In this document: positions 20,097 to 30,500 of the stretch, one piece after another
Layout of the letters: each line of letters starts with the position of its first letter
Position numbering within the stretch: the stretch's first letter is position 1
Assembly (NCBI GenBank): GCA_965199755.1
Contig: CBDASZ010000001.1
Coordinates: 384,001 to 448,000 of the forward strand
DNA from: an uncultured candidatus Porisulfidus sp.
Lineage (GTDB): Bacteria; Pseudomonadota; Gammaproteobacteria; Poriferisulfidales; Poriferisulfidaceae
Length of the DNA: 64,000 nucleotides
Direction: 5' to 3'
Notes under the pieces: model-generated
Seen by the model: only the letters and a program-made list of their open reading frames with translations
Database searches by the model: none
What the model was told of the DNA's origin: nothing
Position numbers and translations under genes: made by a program

Positions 20097-21359
20097 ATGA
20101 ATACGGAATCTCTGGACAGCCGGATGGAATCGCTTGCGCGCGATGCGCGCGCGGCATCTCGGCAGTTGGCCGCGTCGGATGCGGCCGCACGCAACCGGGT
20201 TTTGACCGGCGCGGCGGCGTTGCTGCGCGAACGCGCCGCGGGGGTGCTTGAGGCCAATGCCGAAGATGTGACTGAAGCGAGGCAAAGCCGCAATGATGCC
20301 TTCGTGGACCGTCTGGCGCTGAATGAGGCGCGTGTCGAAGCGCTAGCGGTGGAACTTGAACATATTGCGGTGCTGCCGGATCTGCTGGGACAGGTGAGTG
20401 ACATGCACACCCGGCCCAACGGTCTGAAAATTGGCCGCATGCGTGTCCCGATCGGCGTGATCGCGATGATTTATGAAGCGCGCCCCGGAGTGACCATCGA
20501 GGCTGGAGGCTTGTGCATGAAATCCGGCAATGCCGTGATCTTGCGCGGCGGCTCCGAGTCGGTGCGCTCCAACACAGTGCTGCTGTCCTGTCTGCAGGAT
20601 GCGCTGGCACAGGCCGGTCTGCCAACCACGGGCGCGCAGTTGATACCGGTGGTGGATCGCGAGGCCATCGACGCGTTGCTGAAAATGGATCGCTGGATTG
20701 ATCTGATCATTCCGCGCGGCGGCACCGAGTTGATCGAACGGGTGCGCGCACACACGCATATTCCGATCCTGAAGCATCTGCACGGCGTCTGCCACGTCTA
20801 CATTGATGATGCCGCGGACACCGAGCAGGCCATCAATATTGCGGTCAACGCCAAGACGCAGCGCTACGGTGTCTGCAATGCCATGGAGACGCTGCTGGTT
20901 GCGCGCTCGCGCGCCGAGGAATTACTGCCGCAACTCGGTGCCATTTATGCCGAGCATCAGGTGGAATTGCGCGGCTGCCCGGAGACCTGCCGGATTCTGC
21001 CGCAGGCACGCGCCGCGGCTGAGGAGGACTGGATGGAAGAGTATCTCTCACCGGTGTTGGCGGTGCGCGTGGTGGCGGATCTGGACGAGGCGCTTGATCA
21101 TGTGGCGCATTACGGTTCGCAGCATACCGACACCATCGTCACACAAAATGAGGTGGCGGCGCAGCGCTTTGTGCGCGAGGTGGATTCCAGTTCGGTGATG
21201 GTCAATGCCTCAACCCGCTTCGCGGACGGTTTTGAATATGGTCTCGGCTCGGAAATTGGTATCAGCACCGACAAGTTGCACGCCCGCGGCCCGGTCGGTT
21301 TGGAAGGCCTCACCAGTCAGAAATTCGTGGTCTATGGCGACGGTCAAGTCCGCACCTGA
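20097..21359 (+). CDS. proA: Gamma-glutamyl phosphate reductase
   Basis: IYEARP, ILRGGSE, CNAMET, NASTRF, HARGPVGL. Confidence 0.97.
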   Translation: MNTESLDSRMESLARDARAASRQLAASDAAARNRVLTGAAALLRERAAGVLEANAEDVTEARQSRNDAFVDRLALNEARVEALAVELEHIAVLPDLLGQVSDMHTRPNGLKIGRMRVPIGVIAMIYEARPGVTIEAGGLCMKSGNAVILRGGSESVRSNTVLLSCLQDALAQAGLPTTGAQLIPVVDREAIDALLKMDRWIDLIIPRGGTELIERVRAHTHIPILKHLHGVCHVYIDDAADTEQAINIAVNAKTQRYGVCNAMETLLVARSRAEELLPQLGAIYAEHQVELRGCPETCRILPQARAAAEEDWMEEYLSPVLAVRVVADLDEALDHVAHYGSQHTDTIVTQNEVAAQRFVREVDSSSVMVNASTRFADGFEYGLGSEIGISTDKLHARGPVGLEGLTSQKFVVYGDGQVRT

Positions 21360-21391
21360 ATGCTTATAATGCCGGCGCACCGGAGCGCGCC

Positions 21392-22490
21392 ATGCTGGAA
21401 GACATTTCCCTCCCTGAACAATTGCAGGATCTGAGTCGTCGTCTTGAGGCGCTCAGGGGGTATCTTTGACTGCGAGAGCAAGCGCGAGCGCTTGAGCGAC
21501 ATCCGCCAACAATTGGAACAGCCGGATGCGTGGCAGGACCCGCAGCGTGCGCGCGAACTCAATCAGGAGCGAGCCCAACTGGAGTCTGTGGTGCTAACCT
21601 TGGACGAACTCGGCGTGTCGTTGCAAGACGCTGGCGAATTACTGGAGCTGGCGCTTGAGGAAGACGATCAGGCGATCACTGATGAATTGGCGCGGGAGCT
21701 GCACGACTATGCCCGACAGGTCTCCACGCTTGAGTTTCGGCGCATGTTTTCAGGACGCTTCGATGCCGGCGATGCGTTTTTGGACATTCAGGCCGGTTCC
21801 GGCGGCACTGAGGCGCAGGACTGGGCCGAGATGCTGTTGCGCATGTATTTACGCTGGGGCGAGAAGCGCGGCTACAAGACTGAGTTGATGGCGGCCTCCG
21901 CCGGTGAAGTGGCCGGCATCAAAAGCGCCACGATTCGTTATTCCGGTGACTATTGCTACGGCTGGCTGCGCACCGAGACCGGAGTGCATCGGCTGGTGCG
22001 CAAGTCCCCCTTCGATTCCGGCAATCGCCGGCACACGTCGTTCGCCTCGGTGGTGGTGTCACCGGCGGTCACCGATGAGATTGAGATCGAGATCGATCCT
22101 TCCGAAGTTCGGGTGGATGTCTATCGCGCCTCAGGAGCCGGTGGGCAGCATGTAAACAAGACCGAATCGGCGGTGCGCCTGACGCATTTGCCAAGCGGAG
22201 TGGTCACGCAGTGTCAGAACAGCCGCTCGCAGCACAAGAACAAGGAGATGGCCATGCGCCAGTTGCGTGCCAAGTTGTACCAACTGGAAGAGCAGAAGCG
22301 CCGGGAGGAAGAGCAGCGCGCGGCCGGCGAGAAGGCCGACATCGGCTGGGGCAGTCAGATTCGTTCGTATGTGCTTGACCAGTCCCGCATCAAGGATCTG
22401 CGCACCCGCGTTGAAGTCAATGCGCCGCAGGCGGTGCTGGACGGGGACCTGGATGCGTTTTTGGAAGCCAGCCTGAAGGAAGGGCTGTAG
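21392..22490 (+). CDS. prfB: Peptide chain release factor 2 with programmed +1 frameshift
   Basis: ATG 21392, AGGGGG-TAT-CTT-TGA-C at 21455-21470; SPF and GGQ motifs. Confidence 0.97.
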
Positions 22491-22492
22491 CG

Positions 22493-23992
22493 ATGGCGGC
22501 AAAGAGTGGCGAAGAGCGCCTGCTGGCGCAGCGCGAGGCCAAACTGCAGGAGTTGCGTGATTCGGGCTGGGCCTACCCGAATGACTTTCGCCCCAGCGAT
22601 ACCGCAGCGGCCTTGCAGGGTCTGTACGCCGAGTTCTCGGCGGAAGAATTGAAGGAGGCTGACGTGGCTGTGGCTCTGGGCGGCCGCATGATGAGCAGGC
22701 GGGTGATGGGCAAGACCACCTTCGCGCACTTGCAAGATGGCAGCGGCCAGATTCAATTGATGCTCAGTCGGGAGCGGCTCGGCGATAAGGCGTACACCGC
22801 GTTCAAGAGTTACGACATTGGTGACATTCTGGCGGTTCGCGGCACCTTGGTGAAGACCCGGACCGGTGAGTTGTCGGTCGCGGCGGAAGAACTGCGCGTC
22901 CTCAGCAAGTCACTGCGTCCGCTGCCGGAGAAGTTCCATGGCCTGACCGACATTGAGCAACGCTATCGACAGCGCCACCTGGACCTGATCATGAATGAGA
23001 CCGCGCGCGAGATGTTTCTGCGACGCGGGCAGTTGCTCAGCGGCATGCGGCGTTATCTGCAGGAAGCGGGGTTTCTGGAAGTGGAGACGCCGATGATGCA
23101 CCCGATCGCCGGCGGCGCGGCGGCGCGTCCGTTCGTCACGCATCACAATGTGCTGCATCAGGATCTGTACCTTCGGGTGGCACCGGAGTTGTATCTGAAG
23201 CGTCTGGTGGTGGGTGGCTTTGACCGGGTGTTCGAGATCAATCGCAGTTTCCGCAACGAGGGGGTATCCTCCCGCCACAACCCGGAATTTACCATGCTGG
23301 AGTTGTATCAGGCATATGCCGGCTATGAGGATCTGATGAATCTGACGGAGGATCTGATGCGGCAACTGGCGCAAGAGATCACGGGGGAGAGCGTCACCAC
23401 CTATCAGGGCGATGACTATGATCTGAGCCAGCCGTTTACGCGCATGACCATGTCCGAGGCGGTTCTGGCGCAGCACTCCGGGTTGCAAGAAGACGATCTC
23501 GCCAATCGCGAATTGTTGGCGGGCCTGTGTCGGGATTGCGGTGTGGAGGTCGAGTCAAGTCGCGGTGTGGGAGGGCTGATTTTTGATCTGTTCGAGGCCT
23601 CGGTGGAGGAGACGCTCAAGCAGCCTACATTTGTCACGCAGTATCCTCTGGAAGTCTCACCGCTGGCGCGGCGCTGTGACGACAACCCGGAGTTCGTCGA
23701 CCGCTTTGAGCTGTTTGTGGCCGGGCGGGAGTTGGCGAACGGCTTCTCGGAGTTAAATGACCCGCAAGATCAGGCGGAGCGCTTCCGCGCCCAGGCCGCC
23801 AAGCGCGATGCTGGCGACCCGGAGGCGATGCACTATGACGCCGACTACATTCAGGCACTGGAATACGGGATGCCGCCTACTGCCGGCATTGGCATCGGCA
23901 TTGATCGGTTGGTGATGTTCTTCTGTAATGCCGCGTCGATACGCGACGTGTTGCTGTTTCCGCACATGCGCCCGAAATCAGACGCGGCCTAA
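22493..23992 (+). CDS. lysS: Lysine--tRNA ligase
   Basis: [26 protein letters not shown]. Confidence 0.98.
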   Translation: MAAKSGEERLLAQREAKLQELRDSGWAYPNDFRPSDTAAALQGLYAEFSAEELKEADVAVALGGRMMSRRVMGKTTFAHLQDGSGQIQLMLSRERLGDKAYTAFKSYDIGDILAVRGTLVKTRTGELSVAAEELRVLSKSLRPLPEKFHGLTDIEQRYRQRHLDLIMNETAREMFLRRGQLLSGMRRYLQEAGFLEVETPMMHPIAGGAAARPFVTHHNVLHQDLYLRVAPELYLKRLVVGGFDRVFEINRSFRNEGVSSRHNPEFTMLELYQAYAGYEDLMNLTEDLMRQLAQEITGESVTTYQGDDYDLSQPFTRMTMSEAVLAQHSGLQEDDLANRELLAGLCRDCGVEVESSRGVGGLIFDLFEASVEETLKQPTFVTQYPLEVSPLARRCDDNPEFVDRFELFVAGRELANGFSELNDPQDQAERFRAQAAKRDAGDPEAMHYDADYIQALEYGMPPTAGIGIGIDRLVMFFCNAASIRDVLLFPHMRPKSDAA

Positions 23993-24144
23993 ACTATTTC
24001 CAAAAATCCAATCAAGGCCAGACCGGCCGCGACCGCGCTCAGGATATAGAGCAAAATGGCAATCTGCCGGGCGTGGTGGAACAGGATATAGCCGCCGATC
24101 AGAAACAGGATCGACGCATACAGGATCAGCATGAGGCGGGACAT
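23989..24144 (-). CDS. 51-aa membrane protein (below ORF-track cutoff)
   Basis: [51 protein letters not shown]; GAGG RBS in the end of ygfZ. Confidence 0.6.
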   Translation of the reverse strand: MSRLMLILYASILFLIGGYILFHHARQIAILLYILSAVAAGLALIGFLEIV

Positions 24145-24150
24145 AAGACG

Positions 24151-25143
24151 TTATTCCTCTGTCGGTTCGATTAGTGCGTACGGTAGGGGAAGCGGCGTGA
24201 GCGCGGTACCGTCCGCACTATGCGCGTGCAGTTCGCGCTCGGCATCGGCGATGCGCAGGCAGGCGAGGGCCTGACTGCCTCCATTGGTGTCGGACCAGGT
24301 CGAGACGATGTGCCCGCAAGGGCGCGAGTCACCGGCCGGCCAGACTTCCGCTCCAGCTTCCAGATCCGCCGCGTCGCTGCTGAAGCGATAGACGCGATGC
24401 TTGATGCGCCCTCGGTAGTGCATGCGGGCGACCACTTCCTGTCCGGGATAGCAGCCTTTGGAGAAGCTGATGGCGTCAAGCAGGTCCAGGTTGATGTGTT
24501 GTGGCACGAACTGCTCGCAACTCGCGCCGCGCAAAAACGAAAGCCCGTCTTCAATGTCCCATCGCTGCCAGTTCAACTCGGTGTCGCGCGGCACGAAGTT
24601 GGGGTCTTTTGCGGGCGGACAGAGCTTGGAATGGATCAGGTCCCGTTGCGACGGGTCGATGAGGTGTATCGGGACCGGGTTGGCTTTGGTGTTTTGCAAG
24701 GTGACCCAGCGCTGCTGGGTTCCCGGCCACCGCAGTATCGTGCATTCCAGCGCGCGTATCAAAGGCAGAGGCTGTTCGTACTGAATGCTGCTCAGCAGGG
24801 GGGGCTCTCCGTATTGCCCGAAAAACACCCAGTCATTCGTGACATCCTGCACCTCCACGTCGGCCTGCAAGCGAAACATTAAAAGGCGTTTGGTGACGCG
24901 CTCACACACTTCCGTCGGCAACAGCATCCGGTAGTGGTCAGCGGTTTCCCGCCAGATCAGAAAGCAGGCGATGGTCTGGCCCTTCGGCAAGCAATACGCC
25001 GAGAACTGCGCCTGATCGTCCGGCAAAGACTCCAGATCGTTGGTGAATTGCCCGTGCAGAAACGTACCGGCGTCCGCGCCTTGGATCTCAAGCAGATTCC
25101 AGCCACACAGACGCAACAGGACGGGATCGGAATAGGCTGGCAT
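24151..25143 (-). CDS. ygfZ: Folate-binding Fe-S repair/tRNA-modifying protein
   Basis: FLHGQFTND, KGCYPGQEVVAR. Confidence 0.93.
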   Translation of the reverse strand: MPAYSDPVLLRLCGWNLLEIQGADAGTFLHGQFTNDLESLPDDQAQFSAYCLPKGQTIACFLIWRETADHYRMLLPTEVCERVTKRLLMFRLQADVEVQDVTNDWVFFGQYGEPPLLSSIQYEQPLPLIRALECTILRWPGTQQRWVTLQNTKANPVPIHLIDPSQRDLIHSKLCPPAKDPNFVPRDTELNWQRWDIEDGLSFLRGASCEQFVPQHINLDLLDAISFSKGCYPGQEVVARMHYRGRIKHRVYRFSSDAADLEAGAEVWPAGDSRPCGHIVSTWSDTNGGSQALACLRIADAERELHAHSADGTALTPLPLPYALIEPTEE

Positions 25144-25245
25144 AATGCGCTTGAGAGTAAGCGGATTTCGTCATTGTACCCGCGCCTGAATGGGGGTGGC
25201 GAATGACGCGCCCAAAATTACCGAACACCACCATAGAAAACACCG

Positions 25246-25524
25246 ATGAGCGAAGACAAGACTTCTGAGGCGTCCGTACAGGACGCGCCTTCTTTTGAGC
25301 AATCCTTGAGCGAATTGGAAGAACTGGTGACTCGTCTTGAATGTGGCGAGGTGTCGCTGGAGGAGTCCTTGCGCGATTTCGAGCGCGGCACCGAACTGGC
25401 GTGCGCTTTGCGTGAACGTCTGGACGCTGCGCAGCAGCGGGTTGAGAAGGTGATGCAAAAAGAGGGCGGAAAGATCCAGACGCAGCCGGTCGATCTGGAT
25501 GACGAAGATGACGTGACCATCTAG
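25246..25524 (+). CDS. xseB: Exodeoxyribonuclease VII small subunit
   Basis: SFEQSLSELEELV..LEESLRDFERG. Confidence 0.93.
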   Translation: MSEDKTSEASVQDAPSFEQSLSELEELVTRLECGEVSLEESLRDFERGTELACALRERLDAAQQRVEKVMQKEGGKIQTQPVDLDDEDDVTI

Positions 25525-25532
25525 GGGTCGCG

Positions 25533-26306
25533 CTAGCGCCCCAGAATCACCTCCAGCACTAGTTTGGTGCCGAGAAAGCCCAGAATCAGCAGTACCATCG
25601 CTGTCAGCGTCATGCCGGCGGCCAGTTTGCCACGCCAGCCGAGACGCCACCGCCCCCACAGCAACGCGACCAGAGTCAGCCACGCCAGCGATGAGAACAC
25701 AGTCTTGTGCAACAGGCCGGGCGCGAACAAGTCGGTGAGTGCGGCACCGCCGATGGCGAGGCCGACCGACAGCAGGATCAAGCCGATGGCGATCAATTCC
25801 ATGAGCATGGAATCCATGCGATTTAGAGCCGGCAGTACGGCGCTGGCGCTGGGGTTGAGGTGGCGGGGCCCTAGATAGTGTTCCTTAAGCAGCAGCATCA
25901 GCGCCTGAGCGCCGGCCAGCATCAGCGCGCCGTAGGCGAGCAGTGAGATCAGAATGTGCGCCAGAAGATCCCAGGAAGCGGAGATCGGACGGCTGGCGGC
26001 GGCCGGCTCAATCCAGATCGCGGCCAGTGCGCAGGGCAGTGTGACCAGCCCCAGGTGCATGGAGGGCCGCACCGTGGCCCACAGCAGCACCAGCGTGTTG
26101 ATGAGCCACGCTGTCAATGTCATCGCATTGAAGAAACTGAACGCGAAGGTCCCTTCCATCCACGCCGGCGCGAACAGGGTCCAGGCATGCACCGCGCAGC
26201 CAAGCAGCCAGATCGCCGTGGTGATGCGGCGATAGGCCAGGCCGGCCAGAATGCCGACAAATGCGCCGAGGTACAGCGCAAACGCGGCGAGATGCAGAAA
26301 AGACAC
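25533..26306 (-). CDS. Cytochrome c assembly family inner membrane protein (YpjD/CcsA-like)
   Basis: Multi-TM, HILISLLAY, HKTVFS, GWRG. Confidence 0.88.
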   Translation of the reverse strand: MSFLHLAAFALYLGAFVGILAGLAYRRITTAIWLLGCAVHAWTLFAPAWMEGTFAFSFFNAMTLTAWLINTLVLLWATVRPSMHLGLVTLPCALAAIWIEPAAASRPISASWDLLAHILISLLAYGALMLAGAQALMLLLKEHYLGPRHLNPSASAVLPALNRMDSMLMELIAIGLILLSVGLAIGGAALTDLFAPGLLHKTVFSSLAWLTLVALLWGRWRLGWRGKLAAGMTLTAMVLLILGFLGTKLVLEVILGR

Positions 26307-26380
26307 GAATCACTTGATTGGGTGAGTGCCTATATTCTATATACTTACACTTCACCCAAGACTTTGTCCCAGGAACGTTG

Positions 26381-26704
26381 ATGATTCGCGCGAGAAATAT
26401 GCAGGAATACCGCGAGATGGTACGTCAGGCCTTGCAGGAAGTGCAGGAATTGGAGCAAACCGCGGAGTTCGATGGCCTGATTGAGGTGGCGGAGTGGGCT
26501 GTGCCCCTGCGCGCCAGTCTGGAGGCTCTGGCCGCGTCTATGGACGCCGGTGAGTACGCATTCGACGCGAGTCCGCTGGATTTTATGCCGCTGGTGGAAG
26601 CGCATGACATGGACGTGCTGCCGTTTCGGCATTTGCTGCAATGTCTGAACTGGACGCATACAGAAGGTCTGGATGAGACCGAGCTCAAGGAGGCTCACGC
26701 ATGA
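26381..26704 (+). CDS. Conserved hypothetical protein
   Basis: Acidic helical ORF (DLFMP-like LDFMPLV, LPFRHLL..N.TH..GL); ATGA overlap with metY. Confidence 0.7.
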   Translation: MIRARNMQEYREMVRQALQEVQELEQTAEFDGLIEVAEWAVPLRASLEALAASMDAGEYAFDASPLDFMPLVEAHDMDVLPFRHLLQCLNWTHTEGLDETELKEAHA

Positions 26705-27975
26705 AACTGGAAACTCTGGCGGTACACGGCGGCTACAGCCCGGAGCCGACCACGCACGCGGTCGCGGTGCCGATCTATCAGACCACGTCCTATGCGTTTG
26801 ATGACACCCAGCACGGCGCGGATCTGTTTGACCTCAAGGTCGAGGGCAACATCTACACGCGCATCATGAATCCCACCACAGCGGTGCTGGAGGGACGGGT
26901 GACGGCGATGGAAGGCGGCGTCGGCGCGCTCGGTCTGTCGTCCGGCATGGCGGCGATCACCAGCGCCATTTTCACCATCGCCGGCAGTGGCGACAACATT
27001 GTGTCGACGCATACGCTGTACGGTGGCACCTACAATCTGTTCGCGCACGCCCTGCCGCACCTGGGCATTGACGTGCGTTTCGTGGACGCGGATGACGCGG
27101 ACGAGATCGCGGCAAACATTGATGCGCGCACCCGCGCGGTGTTTTGTGAGACGATCGGCAATCCCAAGGGCAATATCGCCGACTTGTCGATGTTGTCAGA
27201 TTTGGCGCACGCGCATGGGGTGCCGCTGATCGTGGATAACACGGTTCCGTCGCCGGCACTGTGTCGCCCGATTGAATACGGGGCCGATGTGGTGATTCAT
27301 TCGTTGACCAAGTACATGGGCGGTCATGGCACTTCGGTGGGCGGCATCGTCGTGGACTCCGGCAAGTTTCCCTGGAAGGAGCACGCGGATCGTTTCGCGG
27401 TGCTGTGCGAGCCGGACCCGTCATATCATGGCATCTCCTACACTGATCTGGGAGAGGCGGCGTACATCACACGGGTGCGGATCATTCCCCTGCGCAACAT
27501 GGGTTCGGCACTGTCGCCGTTCAATAGTTTTCTGATCCTGCAGGGTTTGGAGACGCTGCCGCTGCGCATGCGTCGCCATTGCGACAACGCCATGGCGGTC
27601 GCGCAGTTTTTGCAAGAACACGAGCAGGTTGACTGGGTGACCTACGCGGGTCTGCCCGACCACCCCCACCACGATCGGGTCAAGCATTATCTGGGAGGAG
27701 ATGCGTCGTCGGTGCTTAGTTTCGGCATCAAAGGCGGCGCGGATACCGGCGCCCGATTTATCGATGCGCTGAACTTAATCGTCAGACTGGTGAACATCGG
27801 TGACGCCAAGTCTCTGGCATGCCACCCGGCATCGACCACGCACCGTCAGCTAAGCCCGGAAGATCTGGAGAAAGCGGGCGTGTCCCAGGACATGGTGCGC
27901 CTGTCGATCGGCATCGAGCATATTGACGACATTTGTGAGGATGTTGCGCAGGCGTTGCACGCCGCGCGCGGGTGA
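26701..27975 (+). CDS. metY: O-acetylhomoserine aminocarboxypropyltransferase (MetY family), paralogue 2
   Basis: IYTRIMNPT, HSLTKYMGGHG, LVNIGDAKS, HPASTTH. Confidence 0.93.
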   Translation: MKLETLAVHGGYSPEPTTHAVAVPIYQTTSYAFDDTQHGADLFDLKVEGNIYTRIMNPTTAVLEGRVTAMEGGVGALGLSSGMAAITSAIFTIAGSGDNIVSTHTLYGGTYNLFAHALPHLGIDVRFVDADDADEIAANIDARTRAVFCETIGNPKGNIADLSMLSDLAHAHGVPLIVDNTVPSPALCRPIEYGADVVIHSLTKYMGGHGTSVGGIVVDSGKFPWKEHADRFAVLCEPDPSYHGISYTDLGEAAYITRVRIIPLRNMGSALSPFNSFLILQGLETLPLRMRRHCDNAMAVAQFLQEHEQVDWVTYAGLPDHPHHDRVKHYLGGDASSVLSFGIKGGADTGARFIDALNLIVRLVNIGDAKSLACHPASTTHRQLSPEDLEKAGVSQDMVRLSIGIEHIDDICEDVAQALHAARG

Positions 27976-27987
27976 CGCAAGCGTATT

Positions 27988-30006
27988 TCAGCGAGGGTGG
28001 CGGATCGGGTTAATGCTCGGCCAGAGCGGCTGCACCGGCTTCTCTGCCAACAGTCGGTAGACGGCCGCATACTCCAGCACCGTTCGAACGTACTTGCGAG
28101 TTTCATGATACGGGATGGTGTCGATCCAGATATCCGCTTCCATACGCTCTTTGGGCAGCCATCGCTGCACCGCGGCCGGTCCTGCGTTATACGCCGCAAG
28201 CGCCATGGCTGGGTTGCCACCGAATTTTTCAAGCATGCGCCTGAAGTAGTGTGTGCCGAGACGGATGTTCAGAGTTGGATCGCGCAAGGATCGGGTGTTG
28301 GGTCGCTTCAGGCCTAGCTGGCGGGCAACCTGCCGTGCGGTTCCGGGCATTAGTTGCATGACGCCGACGGCCCCGGCAGATGAGCGCGTATCGGCGGCGA
28401 AGTTGCTTTCACGACGCGCCAGCGCAAAAGTGAGCGCCACATCGACTTCATTGCGCCCGGCATAATCAACAAACACATCGGCGTAGCGCTGCGGGAAACG
28501 GCGCGTCAGATCATCAAAGGCGCGGGCCTTGCCGAAGGCGCGAATAACACCTTCCGCCCAGCCCCAGTCATGCGCCAGTACCGCGGCATGCGACAGGGTA
28601 ATGGCGTCGGCGTAGTGAAGCAAATCATCCCATTCCTCCCGCGCATTGTGAATGTCGCCGTGGTACAGGAATTCACGTGCTCGCGCGACCGTTGGAGAAA
28701 AGGCCACGGCGCGGAGTTTCTCTTCACTGACGGGATAGGGATGGTGGTTGAAGGCGTACGGTTGCTGTAGCCGCTCAGCCGCCAGAAACCCATAAAAACT
28801 GCGCTGTTTCGCCACATCCTGATAATGCTTCTGACTTTCTTCAAGACGGCCTGTCTGTTCCAGTGCGCGGGCGCGCCAGTACGCGCCCATCTGTTGCATG
28901 GTCGCCGTATTCGGCAGTGCGGTTGCCGCCCGCAGAATGCGGTGCCAGTTGCTGTTGCGCAAAGTGAGCCGCAGTCGCACCTCATGCCATTGCGCATCGC
29001 GCTGCGCTGCCGGGATGGCATCCAGCAGGGTATAAGCTTCCGTCAAGCCATCACTGGCGGCAGAAACAGCAACGTGGTAGCGCAGTGTGTCGATCTGTTT
29101 CGCATGCAGCACCCCGGCTTCAATAAAGCGCTCCAGACGCGCCTGAGCACGCAAGGGATGTCCGCGCGCCAGGAGTTTGATCCCGTGTTCGATCAGATCT
29201 GTGGCGTAGGCGTGACCTGACACAAGACGCTTGTCCCTGAGGTACTTGTTGGGATTGCGGTGGACCTGAATCCAGAGATCAACCCAGCGCCGACTGTCGG
29301 CCGGCAAAAAGCGCTTGAGATAGCGCGCCAGACGGGTATTCCCCACCTGCAGCACCAGTTTGGTGCGTTGCCAGACCAGTTCTTCGTTGAGACCGTTGTT
29401 GCGAAACCAGTCAAGCAGCGGATCGCAGATCTTTGGCCGGGATTTGCCATGCAGCCAGATTGAATTCAACAGCGGGCGCAAGCTGTCGTCGAATTTGCCG
29501 ATCCGAATATGCGCGCGGACATACAGGCATTGCAAGGAGACGTCATCGCGCGGGAAATAGGAGTCGATCAGAGTCTGGTAGCGCTTGCGGCGAAACAGCG
29601 ACGGCAACCAAGCCCGGTGTAGGCGCAGTCCCAGATGTGTGTTGCGGTACGTCACAATGAAATTGGCAATGGCCGACTCGTTCTTGCGCGTCATGCGCGC
29701 GATCAAGTAACGGTACTCCAGATAAGGCTTCAGGGGATAGTCGCCGAGTTTGGGAAGAAGTTCGCGATAGCGCGTGACTTGTCGTTTGCGCAAAGCCTTG
29801 CGCGCGGCGCTGTAAACATCGTGTTGTGCGTTCAGTTGGGCCTGCGCGGCGGCTTCGGTTTCAGGTGAGGCCAAGGCTTGCGGTGCTGCGGGGTTAGCCC
29901 AGGTTTGGGAGGCAAGCAGGCACAGTAAAACCCCGCAAGCCAGCGTATACTGACGGCGAGAGTTACGGGTTTGGGGGAGTGTGGCGATGGACTTGACGTG
30001 GGTCAC
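27988..30006 (-). CDS. slt: Soluble lytic murein transglycosylase
   Basis: ARRES catalytic Glu, GVMQLMP, AAYNAG, ETRKYV; start uncertain. Confidence 0.93.
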   Translation of the reverse strand: MTHVKSIATLPQTRNSRRQYTLACGVLLCLLASQTWANPAAPQALASPETEAAAQAQLNAQHDVYSAARKALRKRQVTRYRELLPKLGDYPLKPYLEYRYLIARMTRKNESAIANFIVTYRNTHLGLRLHRAWLPSLFRRKRYQTLIDSYFPRDDVSLQCLYVRAHIRIGKFDDSLRPLLNSIWLHGKSRPKICDPLLDWFRNNGLNEELVWQRTKLVLQVGNTRLARYLKRFLPADSRRWVDLWIQVHRNPNKYLRDKRLVSGHAYATDLIEHGIKLLARGHPLRAQARLERFIEAGVLHAKQIDTLRYHVAVSAASDGLTEAYTLLDAIPAAQRDAQWHEVRLRLTLRNSNWHRILRAATALPNTATMQQMGAYWRARALEQTGRLEESQKHYQDVAKQRSFYGFLAAERLQQPYAFNHHPYPVSEEKLRAVAFSPTVARAREFLYHGDIHNAREEWDDLLHYADAITLSHAAVLAHDWGWAEGVIRAFGKARAFDDLTRRFPQRYADVFVDYAGRNEVDVALTFALARRESNFAADTRSSAGAVGVMQLMPGTARQVARQLGLKRPNTRSLRDPTLNIRLGTHYFRRMLEKFGGNPAMALAAYNAGPAAVQRWLPKERMEADIWIDTIPYHETRKYVRTVLEYAAVYRLLAEKPVQPLWPSINPIRHPR

Positions 30007-30211
30007 AGAGTTACCACACTATCGTTACGGCTTGACGCTGTTTGCTGCGCTAGCTATTCTTCCCGCGTTGGTCAGCGGCAATATGTTGGTTCACGAACTG
30101 GACCAGTGGAGACGTCGGCGTACGCTTGACATCCGTGCATTGGCCATGAATGCGGCTATTCTAGCAGTAAGTCTGGCGTTAATAGCAGGTGCGATTTTAG
30201 AATGGCGTTGA
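29987..30211 (+). CDS. Putative small two-TM protein
   Basis: GGGGAG RBS, two hydrophobic segments separated by RRRR; overlaps slt 5' end head-to-head. Confidence 0.4.
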   Translation: MDLTWVTELPHYRYGLTLFAALAILPALVSGNMLVHELDQWRRRRTLDIRALAMNAAILAVSLALIAGAILEWR

Positions 30212-30349
30212 GTTACGTTTGCTGAGTATGATGTCAGGCACCTACTTGTTATACTAACCTAAAATTAGGTTGGAATGATGGCATGGTATGGCAGGTTTTC
30301 GGCACTGCGAATTTTGGTGTTCGAACCAATTCGTGGTGGTCTGGCCATC

Positions 30350-30499
30350 CCTAAGTCTTTAGCCGCATGCCATGCTTGTATTCTTGTTCCAGAGACTTCT
30401 TGCGAGCAGTACAATCGGTTTTTGGAAAGGGCCATGATCGTAGGACATCCAGATGCGCCTGAGGTAGGGTTCTTCTCACCACTCATACGGAGCAAATGA
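30350..30499 (+). pseudogene. C-terminal remnant of a DUF1998/DrmB-type Zn-binding protein
   Basis: LAACHACILVPETSCEQYNRFLERAMIVG..GFF; stop 1 nt before the NERD ATG. Confidence 0.7.
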
Positions 30500-30500
30500 T

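Noticed and set aside
24040-24135. Recurrent CAGGAT words as a possible repeat array
   Set aside because: Explained by ATC-CTG (Ile-Leu) codons of the small minus-strand membrane ORF
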